Shown: piece after piece, positions 21,669 to 35,015 of the stretch
Layout of the letters: each line of letters begins with the position of its first letter
Position numbering within the stretch: position 1 is the first letter of the stretch
Assembly: GCA_938010565.1 (NCBI GenBank)
Contig: CALLUQ010000126.1
Span: forward strand, 1-56,529
Length of the DNA stretch: 56,529 bases
Reading direction: 5' to 3'
Source of the DNA: an uncultured Flavobacteriales bacterium
Lineage (GTDB): Bacteria; Bacteroidota; Bacteroidia; Flavobacteriales_D; CALLUQ01
Notes under the pieces: model-generated
Told to the model about the DNA's origin: nothing
What the model saw: only the letters and a program-made list of their open reading frames with translations
The model's database searches: none
Program-made: the position numbers and the translations under genes

Positions 21669-23414
21669 ATGAACACGATCTCCAGTATCCCGACCAAACC
21701 ACCGAGGCGGTTTTTACCGGATGACTTTGAGGTAACAGACTGGTCTGCCCTTGAGCCCTATTTAACCGAGTTGTGTAACAGAGACCTGCATTCGGTTTCC
21801 GATTTACACCGCTTAATGTTGGATGTGAGCGAAATCGATGCTGTATTGTTTGACGATCAGGGCTGGCGTTACATTCGCATGACCATCGATACTGCCGATG
21901 AAGAAAAATCAAAAGCGTATGATTTTTTCCTTTCCGAGATCGCACCCCATCTGGCTTCCTTCAAAGATACCATCAACCGAAAGCTGATGGGTTGTCCGTT
22001 TGTGGAAGAGTTGGATCAGGAGAAGTACCGCATATACCTGCGCGGAATCCGCAAAGAACTGGAGATTTACCGCGAAGAAAACGTTTCGCTCCAAATTAAA
22101 GTGCAGCAGAAATCCAGTGAATATAGCGTCATTAGTGGCGCAATGGAAGTAGAGTGGGAAGGCCGGAAACTCACCATGCAACAAGCAGGCAAATTTTTAC
22201 TGGAAAAAGAAGCTTCGGTTAGAGAAAAAGCCTACAAAGTAACATGGAACCGCCGTTATCAGGATTATGCCAAGCTGGATGATCTGTTTTCCGAACTGTT
22301 GCAGATCCGCCACCAGATTGCTTTGAATGCAGGCTACGAAAACTATCGGGATTATATGTTTGACTCCAAAGGACGGTTTGATTATACCAAAGAAGATTGT
22401 TTCAATTTTCACAAAAGTATAGCCGCCGAGATCGTTCCCGTGAGCAAAATGTTACACCAGGATAAATGCAGGCGTTTAGGAAAAGATCTACTCAAGCCCT
22501 GGGATCTGGATTTTGATCCGGAAGGAAAAGATCCGCTTCGGCCTTTTGCAGATGAAAAAGAGTTGGTCAAAGGAACGATTGATATTTTTCATCGGGTACA
22601 CCCGTATTTTGGCCAGTGCCTTGCCACTATGAAAGAGATGGGGTATCTGGATCTGGAGTCCAAAGCAGGAAAATCTCCGGGAGGGTACAATTACCCCTTG
22701 CTCGAAGTAGGAGTGCCTTTCATTTTTATGAATTCCGTCGGGTCACAACGCGACTTAACCACGATGATGCATGAAGGAGGGCATGCGGTGCATTCCTTCC
22801 TTAACCGTGATCTGGAATTGGCTTCCTTTAAGGTGCCCCCGTCCGAGGTAGCCGAATTGGCCTCCATGAGCATGGAGTTGTTCACCATGGAACATTGGGG
22901 ACGTTTTTACAAAAACAAAGAAGACCTGAAGCGGGCCAGAGAAAAACAATTGTCGGAGGTTTTTGGTATTTTGTTATGGGTGGCTACCGTAGATAAATTC
23001 CAGCATTGGATTTACGAAAACCCCAACCATACGGTAGAAGAACGCCGGGAAAACTGGCTTCGTATTTTTTCTGAATTTGAAACCGGTATGGTCGATTACA
23101 AAGGACTGGAACACTTCCGCAATTTTCGTTGGCAGGCGCAATTGCACATCTTTGAACTTCCTTTTTACTACATCGAATACGGAATAGCACAATTGGGGGC
23201 TCTGGCTTGTTGGCGCAACTATAAACAGCAACCCGATAAAGCGATCAGTCAATACATAGATGCCCTAAAACTGGGATACACCAAAAGCATTGGTGAAATT
23301 TATAAAACAGCGGGTATTTCTTTCGATTTTTCACGCGATTATGTTCATGAGTTGGCCGCTTTTGTGCAAACGGAACTGGATCGTTCCGAAGTTGCACCGC
23401 TCATCGGTATATAG
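21669..23414 (+). CDS. M3 family oligoendopeptidase F
   Basis: HEGGH zinc motif, EVAELASMSME, PFYYIEYGIAQLGA. Confidence 0.93.
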   Translation: MNTISSIPTKPPRRFLPDDFEVTDWSALEPYLTELCNRDLHSVSDLHRLMLDVSEIDAVLFDDQGWRYIRMTIDTADEEKSKAYDFFLSEIAPHLASFKDTINRKLMGCPFVEELDQEKYRIYLRGIRKELEIYREENVSLQIKVQQKSSEYSVISGAMEVEWEGRKLTMQQAGKFLLEKEASVREKAYKVTWNRRYQDYAKLDDLFSELLQIRHQIALNAGYENYRDYMFDSKGRFDYTKEDCFNFHKSIAAEIVPVSKMLHQDKCRRLGKDLLKPWDLDFDPEGKDPLRPFADEKELVKGTIDIFHRVHPYFGQCLATMKEMGYLDLESKAGKSPGGYNYPLLEVGVPFIFMNSVGSQRDLTTMMHEGGHAVHSFLNRDLELASFKVPPSEVAELASMSMELFTMEHWGRFYKNKEDLKRAREKQLSEVFGILLWVATVDKFQHWIYENPNHTVEERRENWLRIFSEFETGMVDYKGLEHFRNFRWQAQLHIFELPFYYIEYGIAQLGALACWRNYKQQPDKAISQYIDALKLGYTKSIGEIYKTAGISFDFSRDYVHELAAFVQTELDRSEVAPLIGI

Positions 23415-24353
23415 ATATGGGCAGATAAAACCAATGGTTTTTTTTGTTGAAAGCCTGTTCCGTTACGGATAAAAGTTCTGGCTTTTATGGCCGTTGGCGG
23501 TCTATTTCATCACAAAGGTTTTATTCCTCCTTTTTTACGGTTGCAAAACCGTAACACAAAAAATAAAGCTGCACGATAAAACAGGTGCCGGTGGATTTGG
23601 TCTACCAAAAGAAAAATGCAACGGTAACTTTTCAGTTCCGTTGCATTAAAAAGCGATCCGTTGCATACCTGCCGGATGTTGTCACATTCATGCAGCTTAA
23701 ATCTCATTTGTTCCTATTCTAAGGATGGGAAGCATTATAGGGAACACTTGTAAAAACCTCTTCTAATAAAGTCGTTTTTTTGCAACCGATAGGATGTGCT
23801 TATCGTTTTCTGCATTTCCCCGCTGCCCGCATTACGGCACGTTGCAATGTCGCATACAAAACCGCTTTATCCGCACCAATGGTTGGATTTGTATCGGTTT
23901 TTCAGGGTTCTGTTTTTTTACAAAGGCCCCATTCGTTTTTAGCTTCCGCACCCCTACCTTAGCAGCAGAACAGCAACAACAAGCGGAAAGCTTATATCCG
24001 GAGACCTCTTTTCTGCGTTGCGAAAAAGGGTAAATATTTCACCCGATTACGGATACATAACGCCGCCCCGTCGGAATAATGCAATACCGGATCTTCCGAA
24101 GATCGGGATCGAATTTTCAAATTTAGGCGAGAATATTTGTTAATTCGTTAACTTTAAGTAACTTTAACGTAATTAATTATTTACTTGTTGTTGCAATTGC
24201 CATCTGTATAACGTGGAATTATACGGGTGGTTAGGGGTTGGTAATTGGCGTAAATATGGAACGGCCATTTTTTTGCAATATACGCGTATTGCAGGAAAAT
24301 AGCGGAATTACTTTCTCCCGTATATCGTTACACCAGAACACATGAACTAACAC

Positions 24354-26867
24354 ATGAACTCTGCCAAAACGAACGTGTCCGAAAGTAGGGTACTGAGGGC
24401 AATTGCCGTGGGATTCCTATTCATGGCAATGCTGCCGGCCCGCGGGCAACTCAATATAGGGGCTGATACCACAATATGCCTGGGCCAATCCATTACACTT
24501 ACGGCTTCCTATGGCGTTCCGGGAAATAATTTCGATTTTAATAGCCTGCAACAAATTCCCCTTATTGATGACCAATATTCGGGCGTTATTGATTTGGGGT
24601 TTAGCTTCTCTTTTTACGGTACCCCATACACACAATGCCTGCTTTCCTCCAACAATTACATCACTTTTGATCTGACAAAGGCCGGCTTGTTTTCGGAATG
24701 GGAATTCGACGTTCCCATTCCGAATGCCAGTTTGCCTACCAATGCCATTATGTGCCCTTATCAGGATATTAACCCGGGAGCGGGGGGGGTGATTGAATAC
24801 GGAACGATCGGAACAGCACCCAACCGAATTTTTGTCGTTCGTTACCTTTCGGTACCCATGTTTCTTTGTAATGCTAATAAGTTCTGTTCTGCTGTTCTGT
24901 TGTATGAAGGCAGTAACCGCATTGAAACCCATTTGGAAAACAAAATGCTTTGCTCCAATTCCAATACTATCACCCCTGCCATTCACGGTACGCATAATGA
25001 CTCCGGAACACGTGCGGATGTGGTTTCGGGAAGAAATTACCCCGAGCAATGGGAGGCCTCTATGGATGCCTGGGAATGGGTGCCCAATGGCCCTAATTCG
25101 TATACGATTAATTCCATTCCATTCCTGAGGATCATTTCAAACAACAATGCGTTTGACTGGAGGGAAGTTTCTAACAACACCATAATAGGAACCGGCAATT
25201 CCATCACGGTTGCTCCCACCACCACCACCACCTATTGGACGGAAGTTGCGGCCCTTTGCGGAGGAACGGGTAATTCTGGGAATTATGACCTGATTGATCA
25301 CATTACCATAACGGTTGTTCCCGCTTCTTCTGCCACGGTTACCCATACCAATCCCATTTGCACTCAAAATGCAAGCGGAACTGTTAGCGTTACTCCCAAC
25401 TCGGGTAGCCCTCCATGGAGATACGACATTACAGATGCAGGTGGCGGGGTATTGCATACGATGACTTCCACAGGCCCTGGCCCCGATGTAATAACGAATG
25501 TTGTAGCGGGCACCTATCAGGTGGTGGTGACCGATAGCTTTGGATGTTCAACGCAATCGCAGGTGGTAATCAACGGGAATTCTCCTGTTGTGGTTACTCC
25601 AAGTACGGATACGCTGATTTGTTTGGGTGGAACAGCCACCATCGATGCGGTTGCTTCTGGAGGCTCCGGTACCCCGTATGATTTTTCCTGGAATCAAAGC
25701 TTAATCGGTAACGGGCCACATGCTGTTTCTCCTGTGGCGAATGCCTGGTATAGGGTGCAGGCAACCGATCAGGATGGCTGTGCTTCTGCTTACGACAGTG
25801 TTTATGTAGCATTACACCCTGGCATTACCGCACTTATCCAATCGCCGGACTCCATTTGCCCCGGAGACTCTTCGGTTCTGACCGTTGCCGCTGTTGGTGG
25901 CGATGGCAGCGATTTTATGTACTCCTGGTCAGATGGTACTTCCGCCATTGGATCCGACTCATCGGTTGTGGTTTACCCTTGGGATGATCATACTGTGCAA
26001 TATTGCGCTACTGTTCATAACGGATGCGAGGCCTCTCCGGCAATGGTTTGTACCACCGTTCCGATTTACGAACTGCCTTCCGTAACTTTTGTGTCAGACA
26101 CCAATGAAGTTTGTTTGTTTCCCGGTTTGATCCACTTCCAAAATACCACCAATGTTCCCGTAAGCAGTGTAACCTGGGATTTTGGAGACGGTACGATCGT
26201 CCACGAGACCTCCCCCTTCGCCGAACATACTTACCATACCGCCGGCTCTTTTGATGTGAACCTCAGCATTACCACAGTCGAAGGCTGTGTGGTGAACGGA
26301 GATCTGCCAAAATTGATCCGTGTCCGTTCGCATCCGGATGCGTATTTTGAGGCTACTCCTCCATCCACCGATATTTTTGAAACAAAAATCGACTTCCACA
26401 ATGGGTCTGTCGGGAATGTTTCAAATTTATGGGATTTTAATGGCCTCGGCACCTCCGAAGAAATGCACCCTACGTTCGAGTTCGCTCCGGGCATTTCCGC
26501 TCATTACCAGGTAAAGCTTACCGTATGGGATGCATTCAATTGTTCGGATTCTTACCTTGACGAAGTGGTGGTTGAAAATGGCCTTCTGGTTTATGCTCCC
26601 AATGCATTTACACCCAACGGCGATGGTTTAAACGATTTTTTCTACGTGGCTGCAGAGAATGTAAGCGACCATGCGTTTGAGTTTTATGTTTTTGATCGTC
26701 AGGGGCACATCATCTGGAGGACGGTCAACAAAAAAGATGCATGGAACGGTTTGGTGAATGATTTCGAAAAAGCACCTTCGGGAGTTTATACATGGAAGAT
26801 CAGAGCACGAACACAAAAAGAGAACAAACGTTTTGAAAAAATAGGTTATGTTACTGTGATCCGATAA
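24354..26867 (+). CDS. Secreted adhesin-like protein: NIDO-like N-terminus, Ig/PKD repeats, T9SS type B (gliding-motility) CTD
   Basis: DDQYSGVIDLGFSFSFYG; WDFGDG..HTY..AGSFDVNL (PKD); YAPNAFTPNGDGLNDFF..FDRQG..WNG..GVYTW..GYVTVIR. Confidence 0.88.
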   Translation: MNSAKTNVSESRVLRAIAVGFLFMAMLPARGQLNIGADTTICLGQSITLTASYGVPGNNFDFNSLQQIPLIDDQYSGVIDLGFSFSFYGTPYTQCLLSSNNYITFDLTKAGLFSEWEFDVPIPNASLPTNAIMCPYQDINPGAGGVIEYGTIGTAPNRIFVVRYLSVPMFLCNANKFCSAVLLYEGSNRIETHLENKMLCSNSNTITPAIHGTHNDSGTRADVVSGRNYPEQWEASMDAWEWVPNGPNSYTINSIPFLRIISNNNAFDWREVSNNTIIGTGNSITVAPTTTTTYWTEVAALCGGTGNSGNYDLIDHITITVVPASSATVTHTNPICTQNASGTVSVTPNSGSPPWRYDITDAGGGVLHTMTSTGPGPDVITNVVAGTYQVVVTDSFGCSTQSQVVINGNSPVVVTPSTDTLICLGGTATIDAVASGGSGTPYDFSWNQSLIGNGPHAVSPVANAWYRVQATDQDGCASAYDSVYVALHPGITALIQSPDSICPGDSSVLTVAAVGGDGSDFMYSWSDGTSAIGSDSSVVVYPWDDHTVQYCATVHNGCEASPAMVCTTVPIYELPSVTFVSDTNEVCLFPGLIHFQNTTNVPVSSVTWDFGDGTIVHETSPFAEHTYHTAGSFDVNLSITTVEGCVVNGDLPKLIRVRSHPDAYFEATPPSTDIFETKIDFHNGSVGNVSNLWDFNGLGTSEEMHPTFEFAPGISAHYQVKLTVWDAFNCSDSYLDEVVVENGLLVYAPNAFTPNGDGLNDFFYVAAENVSDHAFEFYVFDRQGHIIWRTVNKKDAWNGLVNDFEKAPSGVYTWKIRARTQKENKRFEKIGYVTVIR

Positions 26868-26894
26868 TTTGGATTGAAGCTTCGGGTATTCATA

Positions 26895-26934
26895 TAAAAA
26901 AACCACCTGCTGATGTCAACAGGCGGTTTTTATA
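26895..26934. terminator. Bidirectional intrinsic terminator between the adhesin gene and gyrB
   Basis: AAAAAAACCACCTG...CAGGCGGTTTTTAT stem with A/T tails, between convergent stop codons. Confidence 0.7.
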
Positions 26935-26970
26935 TTTTATGGGGGAGCGTATCAACCAATACAGATGTTT

Positions 26971-28929
<1,959 letters not shown>

Positions 28930-28953
28930 TTACGCACATTTAAGCGCATCATA

Positions 28954-28961
28954 CAAAGGTA
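28954..28961 (-). promoter_or_regulatory. -7 box TACCTTTG for gyrB
   Basis: Exact TAnnTTTG match 37 nt upstream of the ATG. Confidence 0.6.
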
Positions 28962-29111
28962 CCATTCCGGCTTCTTTTTCCCTTCTGTTCATACCGGAAA
29001 GCCAGCCTATTTATTAACAATGAAGGCCGGTTATTAACAATGATTTGGTCTGTTGTGATCAAGTTTTGTTCGGGGGGTCTGTTTTCTTAAAACCCGGTGT
29101 GGAAAAGCGGT

Positions 29112-30860
29112 TTAAAAGGACCAAGTTAACCCACCCATTGCCGTGAAACGTTGGGTTGGATAATTGTGCCAGCGGTGAATGCGTTGGCCGGCTACGTTAT
29201 TGATGTCAAGAAACAAAGACAACCGCTTGGTGTACCGGTACTCTACACTGAGGTTTGCATCCACATAGGGCTTCAGTTTAAGAAAATAAACGCTATTGTT
29301 TTCTGTTGCGCCTTCTGCAGAGGAGCTTACACGGGCGTAACGGGCTCCGTTCACAAAAATATTGCTCCGGACCATGATCGCATCTTTCAAATCGTAATGG
29401 ATGCCCAAAGTAAACCGGTAATCCGGGAGGTGCCAGGCTTTTTCTTCATCCGAAAGGTTGTAATTAAAAAAATCGCCCCGTAAGTGCATGCGCAGTTTTT
29501 CATTTTGCTGATAGGCGATTTCGCCTGTAATGTTTAAAACATCTGTTTGTGCATCGTACACCACATTAAATTGGTTGCCTGCTGTAAAAAGAGAATCGTT
29601 TACAAACAGTACAAAATCTTTTTGGCGCGAGAGGGCTACACGGGTGTTAAAGGTGGTGCGTGAGCTGAAGGTTCCTCGGAAGCCTCCGTAAAGGTGAAAG
29701 GGAGCCCGGGTAGGCCGCAGCTCAACGTTGGCCAATACAAATGGGTTTTCGTCAGCCAGTGTCCGGAAATTGTTCCGTTCCAGATCTCCTTTCAGTCCTG
29801 CATAGGGAATGAGAATATCATCAAACAGGCTGTAGCGTGCTTCGATATCGGGATAGAAAAAAAAGTCGCCTACACTTTCAATATACCCCGCAATGACCCC
29901 ACCAAAATGCAGGTTGTACTTTTTGTGTTCCGTTTTAAAGAAGGGGTTGATCTTAAAGATGGCTGAACCCGAATAATCGGGATCTACAGGTGTAGGTGTG
30001 TCGGAATAAAGTGCCTGCAAACCCACCGGCCGAAACGTGTTGATATCGAGGCTTATTCTTCCTCCGAAATAATCCTGATGTTCCAGTTTTTTAACGGCGG
30101 AGCCGCGCAAAATAACGTGGTGTTCCGAGGCATTTTCCAATGTTCCAAAATGATAATAATCTACACCGCCGCTATAATTTAATTTGTTGTCATCCTGCAA
30201 AAAGCTCGACAGGTCCGCATGTATGTGAAAGCGGTGAAAGCGCTGTCGGATGCTGTCTTTTACGGCCATGGTATCTGCTGCTGGCAGACCATAAAAATGA
30301 TGGACATTCCGATCCCATTCAAAAGATCCGCTTAAGCGATGTTCCCACATGAACCGATAGCCTTGCATCATCAATTTGGTATCGCTAAATCCGCTGTGTG
30401 CATACTTTTTTATGCCACCGGATGAAGTAAAGTGCCGGGCACGGAGGCCCCATTGCCTGGTGCGGCTGCGGTCTTCATTGTAATACACATCTGCCAGTCC
30501 GTTCAGATGGCTTCCGGCTCCGGCTTTGATGTAGCCCCGGTACAGTTTGTTCAGTTTTTCAACTACGGTGAGGTTGGCCGCTTTGATCGTTTCGGTATGA
30601 AAGGTAGCGGGCATTTGCACAGGCAATATTTCATACGTGACGCCGGGTATTCGAATGGCCGAATCGATGATCCCGATCTCCTCGTTGATCTTAAAGGCAT
30701 CGTGAAGCGAAAGCTCTACTACGGATACTACATTTACAGTCGTTGAGGGCACATCATCCCCGGTGCCGGTGGTGCCTCCGTTTTGTGCATCGCTGTTATA
30801 TCCTGTGCCAACCAAAGTTAGCATCAGAACAACCGTTTTTATGTGCCTGCTCGCTATCAT
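29112..30860 (-). CDS. Outer-membrane beta-barrel (TonB-dependent-receptor-like) protein
   Basis: Signal peptide, alternating beta-strand pattern, DANLSVEYRYTKRLSLFLDINN and C-terminal F. Follows the large TPR gene. Confidence 0.75.
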   Translation of the reverse strand: MIASRHIKTVVLMLTLVGTGYNSDAQNGGTTGTGDDVPSTTVNVVSVVELSLHDAFKINEEIGIIDSAIRIPGVTYEILPVQMPATFHTETIKAANLTVVEKLNKLYRGYIKAGAGSHLNGLADVYYNEDRSRTRQWGLRARHFTSSGGIKKYAHSGFSDTKLMMQGYRFMWEHRLSGSFEWDRNVHHFYGLPAADTMAVKDSIRQRFHRFHIHADLSSFLQDDNKLNYSGGVDYYHFGTLENASEHHVILRGSAVKKLEHQDYFGGRISLDINTFRPVGLQALYSDTPTPVDPDYSGSAIFKINPFFKTEHKKYNLHFGGVIAGYIESVGDFFFYPDIEARYSLFDDILIPYAGLKGDLERNNFRTLADENPFVLANVELRPTRAPFHLYGGFRGTFSSRTTFNTRVALSRQKDFVLFVNDSLFTAGNQFNVVYDAQTDVLNITGEIAYQQNEKLRMHLRGDFFNYNLSDEEKAWHLPDYRFTLGIHYDLKDAIMVRSNIFVNGARYARVSSSAEGATENNSVYFLKLKPYVDANLSVEYRYTKRLSLFLDINNVAGQRIHRWHNYPTQRFTAMGGLTWSF

Positions 30861-30875
30861 TCTTTTGGGTTGTTA

Positions 30876-33800
30876 CTACGGGTTTTCGGGAGTATCGGGC
30901 GAATCAGGTTTGTGGTTATCGGAACCTGCATTTTTTTCTTTGTCGTTTTTTTTGCCGGGTGAGTGCTGCCGGTCCTTTTCATCAAAAAGGCTTTTGTCTT
31001 TTGGATCTCCTCCTTCAATTTCCACCTCAAAGTTCTCCATCTGTCTTTCGCCATTCTCCTGATTTTCCTGCGCAATGATCTCATCCAATCTTTCCTGTGC
31101 TTTTTTTACTACTTCAGCGCCTTCGTGATGGTCGATCACACTCCGGAGGGTGGCTTTTGCCTGGAAAAGGTCGTTGGTTTCAATGGCATTTTCGGCTAGT
31201 ATCAGAAAACTCATCGCCATCCAATGGTCATAAGTCGGTTCATGTTTGATCATTTCCCGAACTTCTTTGTCAGAGTCGTCATACCGTTTTTCCAGATGTC
31301 GGATCAGTGCCATCTGGTACCGGGCTTTTGCTCCTATTTCCCGGTCTGTTCCTTCGGCTATTTTTTTAAAGCTTTTATAAGCCATGGCCATTTGGTTGGT
31401 TTCGAAATAACACATGGCTTTCACCAAATGCGCCTCCATTTCATGTTCGTTCTTCAGTTTTTCGCTGGCCAGCACCTGGTCGGCATATTGTCGGGCTGAG
31501 GTGCAGTTGCCCAGTTTGCGAAAGCACCGCATGAGGCCCGTTTGCGCTTCAAAAGACCGTTCGCTGTTTTGAGCGATCTGTTCCAGCTTTGCATAAGCGG
31601 CCAGTGCTTCCGGGTAGTTTTCAAACTCATAATTCAAGCGCGAAGCCCACAACAAAGCATCTTCCGTAAAGATGTTGGAAGGCAGATCGGCCACATAGTT
31701 CAGGTCTTCCAGTGCTTTCTTTTTCTCACCCAATTTGTAGTTGCATACCGAGCGATAATAACGCGCATTCACTTCAAAGATCGCATGGTTGTATTTCCCG
31801 AGATAATCCGTAAAGGCTGCGACGGCCTCGCCGCATTTTTCATCAAAATAAAAGACCTGAGCCGCTTCGTAGGAAAGGGTATCAAAGTGCGATTGATCCA
31901 ACCCTTCCATATAAGGAAGGGTTTGGGCAAAAGCAACATAATCGTTGATCTCCCCGATGTCGGAATAAATGGTTTTAAGGAATTTCAGTGCATTGTCTGC
32001 CTCAGCCAGCGCGGCGGACTCCAAGGCGATGCGTTTCAAGGTTTGGATGGCATCTTTGGTGCGGCCTTTTTGGTATTGAATGCGGCCGATTTCAAGCAAA
32101 GCCGGTTTTACTTTTGAACTGGCAGGAAATTCGCGCACTACCTGATGATAGTGGTTCATGGCCTGGTTGGTTTGGTTGTTCAAACGGTAGGCTTCTGCCA
32201 GTTCAAATTTGGCTTCCACCATATATCTGGAGTGATCGAACTCATTTATTAGTTGTTTTAAGGTGTTGATCTTATTGTTTTTATCTCCGTTTAAACCGTA
32301 ACATTTTCCCTTTTGCAACAGCGCATAATCGGTGTTGATCAAACGAATTTTAATGGCTTTATCATAATAAAACAGGGCATCGACATAATTCCGGCCAATG
32401 TAATAGCTATCCCCGATGCGGAGGTAAGCATCGTTCAATCGTTTGCGATCGTCGGCTTTATAAGCGGATGTATATTTCCGGAACCAAGGGATGGATCCCG
32501 CGTACTGCTTTTTCTTCAGCTGTGCGTATCCGATGTTGTAATTCGACAGGTTGTAATATGGATGTAAAATGGCCCCGGGTGCTTTTTGAAAATTCATGTA
32601 CTGTACAATGGCATTTTCGTATTCTTTCATCCGGTACCAGGTTTCGGCTTTCCAATAGAATGTGCTGTTACTCATTTCGCGGTTCACCTTGTAGGCGTGT
32701 GCTTTGTTAAAAGCAGCAAGTGCGTCGGTATATTTTTTTTTGTTGAACAACTCCACCCCCCTGTTGAAAGCGACCATTTGATAGGCCGTTTGTTGTCGCA
32801 GATCTTTGCCCGGAATTTTATCCAGCGAAGCCAGTGCATTTTGATGATCATGGGTGGTGAGGTATACGTTGAGCAAATAACCGTAGGCCTCTTCTTTGTG
32901 TGTGGAGTTAGGGTAGGTTTCGAGGTATTCTTCAAATGCCAGCACGGCCTCGTTAAACGGGTTGTTGTCCAATTCATAACTCAATTTGGCGTAGTTATAA
33001 AGGGCATTTTCCCGGATATACGGATCAAAAGCCATCTTGGAAGCTTCGCGGAAAGCATTCCGGGCAGCGGTTTTGTTGTTTTGCAGGTAGCAGTCGGCCA
33101 TGTGGTAGTAGGCCAGCTGTGCCATGGTATCTTTGCGGTCTGTTAGCCGGTTAAAGTGTTCGAGCGATGCTTTGCATTCCCCGCTTTTGTAGTACGAAAA
33201 ACCTAGCTGATAACGGGCTGTACGCGATGCCAATCCTGTTTTACGCTCGTATTTTTCGAAATAAGGAATGGCTTCTTTGTATTGTTTTTGCAGGTAATGT
33301 GCTTCTCCGACCAGGCGAGCGATTTCCGCTTCTTTTTTCACATTCCCCGTATCGATAATTGCAGAAGCATGTGCAATAAGTTCATCGTATTTTTCTTGCA
33401 GAAAATAGATTTGAGCAATATAAAAGGGCGCCACTTTACCAAAACTCCGATGTCCGGTCAATTTCTTAAAACCTTCCAATGCGGTTTGGTATTTTTTTTT
33501 CTCATAGGCAATATGCGCATGGAAATACAATGCGGCATGGCGGTAATCGGAATCGGCCTCTTTGATCTGATAAAAGTATTGATCTGCTTTATCGGTGTGG
33601 CCCGATTTAAAATGACTGTAACCTTTTTTGAAATAAAACTCGGCCAACGCTTTGTTCTCAAGTTTGTATTCATCTACCAGATCGAGCCAGTATAATGCCT
33701 CTTTGAATTTTTTACGGCGGTAATGATACCGACCCAGTTGAAAAAATGCCGAATGGATGCGTGGGCTTTCCGGATGCCGACGAATAAAATCACTCAGCAA

Positions 33801-34067
33801 TGTTTCCGAATCTTTGTTAAACAACTCCAGGGCACACAAAGCGTTGTAGTATTCCGAATTCACCCGTACCTCATCATTGGGATCGTCTATTCTTAAAACG
33901 ATCCGTTTGAATGCTTCTCGGGCAGCACCAAATTTTTCTTTATCGAAAAGGTCTTGTGCATTGCGGAAATCGGCGTTCTTATCAAAGAAAATTTCAGTCC
34001 TTTGTGCCTGAAGTGTGCTGGTAATGGCCAGCAGGAAAATGATATGTAGGAATACACGGTAGGGCAT
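30876..34067 (-). CDS. Large exported tetratricopeptide-repeat protein
   Basis: Signal peptide and many TPRs (YFKKGYSHF, YNIGYAQLKKKQY, DAYLRIGDSYY). Confidence 0.9.
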   Translation of the reverse strand: MPYRVFLHIIFLLAITSTLQAQRTEIFFDKNADFRNAQDLFDKEKFGAAREAFKRIVLRIDDPNDEVRVNSEYYNALCALELFNKDSETLLSDFIRRHPESPRIHSAFFQLGRYHYRRKKFKEALYWLDLVDEYKLENKALAEFYFKKGYSHFKSGHTDKADQYFYQIKEADSDYRHAALYFHAHIAYEKKKYQTALEGFKKLTGHRSFGKVAPFYIAQIYFLQEKYDELIAHASAIIDTGNVKKEAEIARLVGEAHYLQKQYKEAIPYFEKYERKTGLASRTARYQLGFSYYKSGECKASLEHFNRLTDRKDTMAQLAYYHMADCYLQNNKTAARNAFREASKMAFDPYIRENALYNYAKLSYELDNNPFNEAVLAFEEYLETYPNSTHKEEAYGYLLNVYLTTHDHQNALASLDKIPGKDLRQQTAYQMVAFNRGVELFNKKKYTDALAAFNKAHAYKVNREMSNSTFYWKAETWYRMKEYENAIVQYMNFQKAPGAILHPYYNLSNYNIGYAQLKKKQYAGSIPWFRKYTSAYKADDRKRLNDAYLRIGDSYYIGRNYVDALFYYDKAIKIRLINTDYALLQKGKCYGLNGDKNNKINTLKQLINEFDHSRYMVEAKFELAEAYRLNNQTNQAMNHYHQVVREFPASSKVKPALLEIGRIQYQKGRTKDAIQTLKRIALESAALAEADNALKFLKTIYSDIGEINDYVAFAQTLPYMEGLDQSHFDTLSYEAAQVFYFDEKCGEAVAAFTDYLGKYNHAIFEVNARYYRSVCNYKLGEKKKALEDLNYVADLPSNIFTEDALLWASRLNYEFENYPEALAAYAKLEQIAQNSERSFEAQTGLMRCFRKLGNCTSARQYADQVLASEKLKNEHEMEAHLVKAMCYFETNQMAMAYKSFKKIAEGTDREIGAKARYQMALIRHLEKRYDDSDKEVREMIKHEPTYDHWMAMSFLILAENAIETNDLFQAKATLRSVIDHHEGAEVVKKAQERLDEIIAQENQENGERQMENFEVEIEGGDPKDKSLFDEKDRQHSPGKKNDKEKNAGSDNHKPDSPDTPENP

Positions 34068-34315
34068 ACATGAAAATTCGACCGCTTTTATCGATTATAA
34101 TCCAATAAAGTTAGGCCTATTGAGGAGAGTTAGATCTTGCAAAACAATGAAGTTATTAACAGAGGCTTGTTTACAAATAAAACCTCGGAGAGTATGGGAA
34201 AACAATCGTGATAAAATAACTTCATGGCACAAATTATTATTGTACGGGAAGTGTGAAATATTCCGGCCAATCCCATTGGTATTTTGGGATAAGGCCGGTA
34301 TAAGGAGATGATAAA

Positions 34316-35002
34316 ATGACCGGAAAGCAAGTCATATCACTGAATGCGTGTACCATTAGTCAGAGAGACCAATTGGTGCTCCGCCATGTGGATTTGAGCA
34401 TTTCGAAAGGAGAGTTTGTTTACCTGATCGGAAAAACCGGCTCGGGGAAGAGTTCCCTTTTGAAAACCATCTATGGCGATCTGGCCATTGAGGAAGGAGA
34501 AGGAGAAGTAGTGGGTTTTGATCTTCGGTTGCTTAAAAGAAAAGCGATTCCTTTGCTGCGAAGAAAGATTGGCATTGTGTTTCAGGACTTTCAGCTACTC
34601 ACCGACAGAAGTGTGGCAGAAAATTTACTATTTGTGATGAAGGCTACCGGCTGGAAAGACAAAAAGAAAATGCAGGAACGCACACAAGAAGTGCTCGATG
34701 CTGTGGGTTTAAGTACCAAGGGGTATAAATTTACCCATCAGCTATCGGGCGGAGAGCAACAACGCGTGGCCATAGCGAGGGCATTGATCAACGATCCGGA
34801 ACTCATCCTCGCCGATGAACCTACCGGAAACCTTGATCCGGAGACTACTCGGGATATCATGCGGTTGCTTTTTAGCATCAGCGAAAAAAACCGTGCGATC
34901 TTGATGGCTACCCACGATTATAGTATCTTGCAATACTTTCCTTCAAGAACAATACGATGTGAAAACGAAACCTTGCAAGCGTTAGAAGCAAAGATAATAT
35001 AA
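34316..35002 (+). CDS. ftsE: FtsE-like ABC ATP-binding protein
   Basis: [47 protein letters not shown]. No ftsX is adjacent. Confidence 0.75.
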   Translation: MTGKQVISLNACTISQRDQLVLRHVDLSISKGEFVYLIGKTGSGKSSLLKTIYGDLAIEEGEGEVVGFDLRLLKRKAIPLLRRKIGIVFQDFQLLTDRSVAENLLFVMKATGWKDKKKMQERTQEVLDAVGLSTKGYKFTHQLSGGEQQRVAIARALINDPELILADEPTGNLDPETTRDIMRLLFSISEKNRAILMATHDYSILQYFPSRTIRCENETLQALEAKII

Positions 35003-35015
35003 GCCCAATAAGCCG

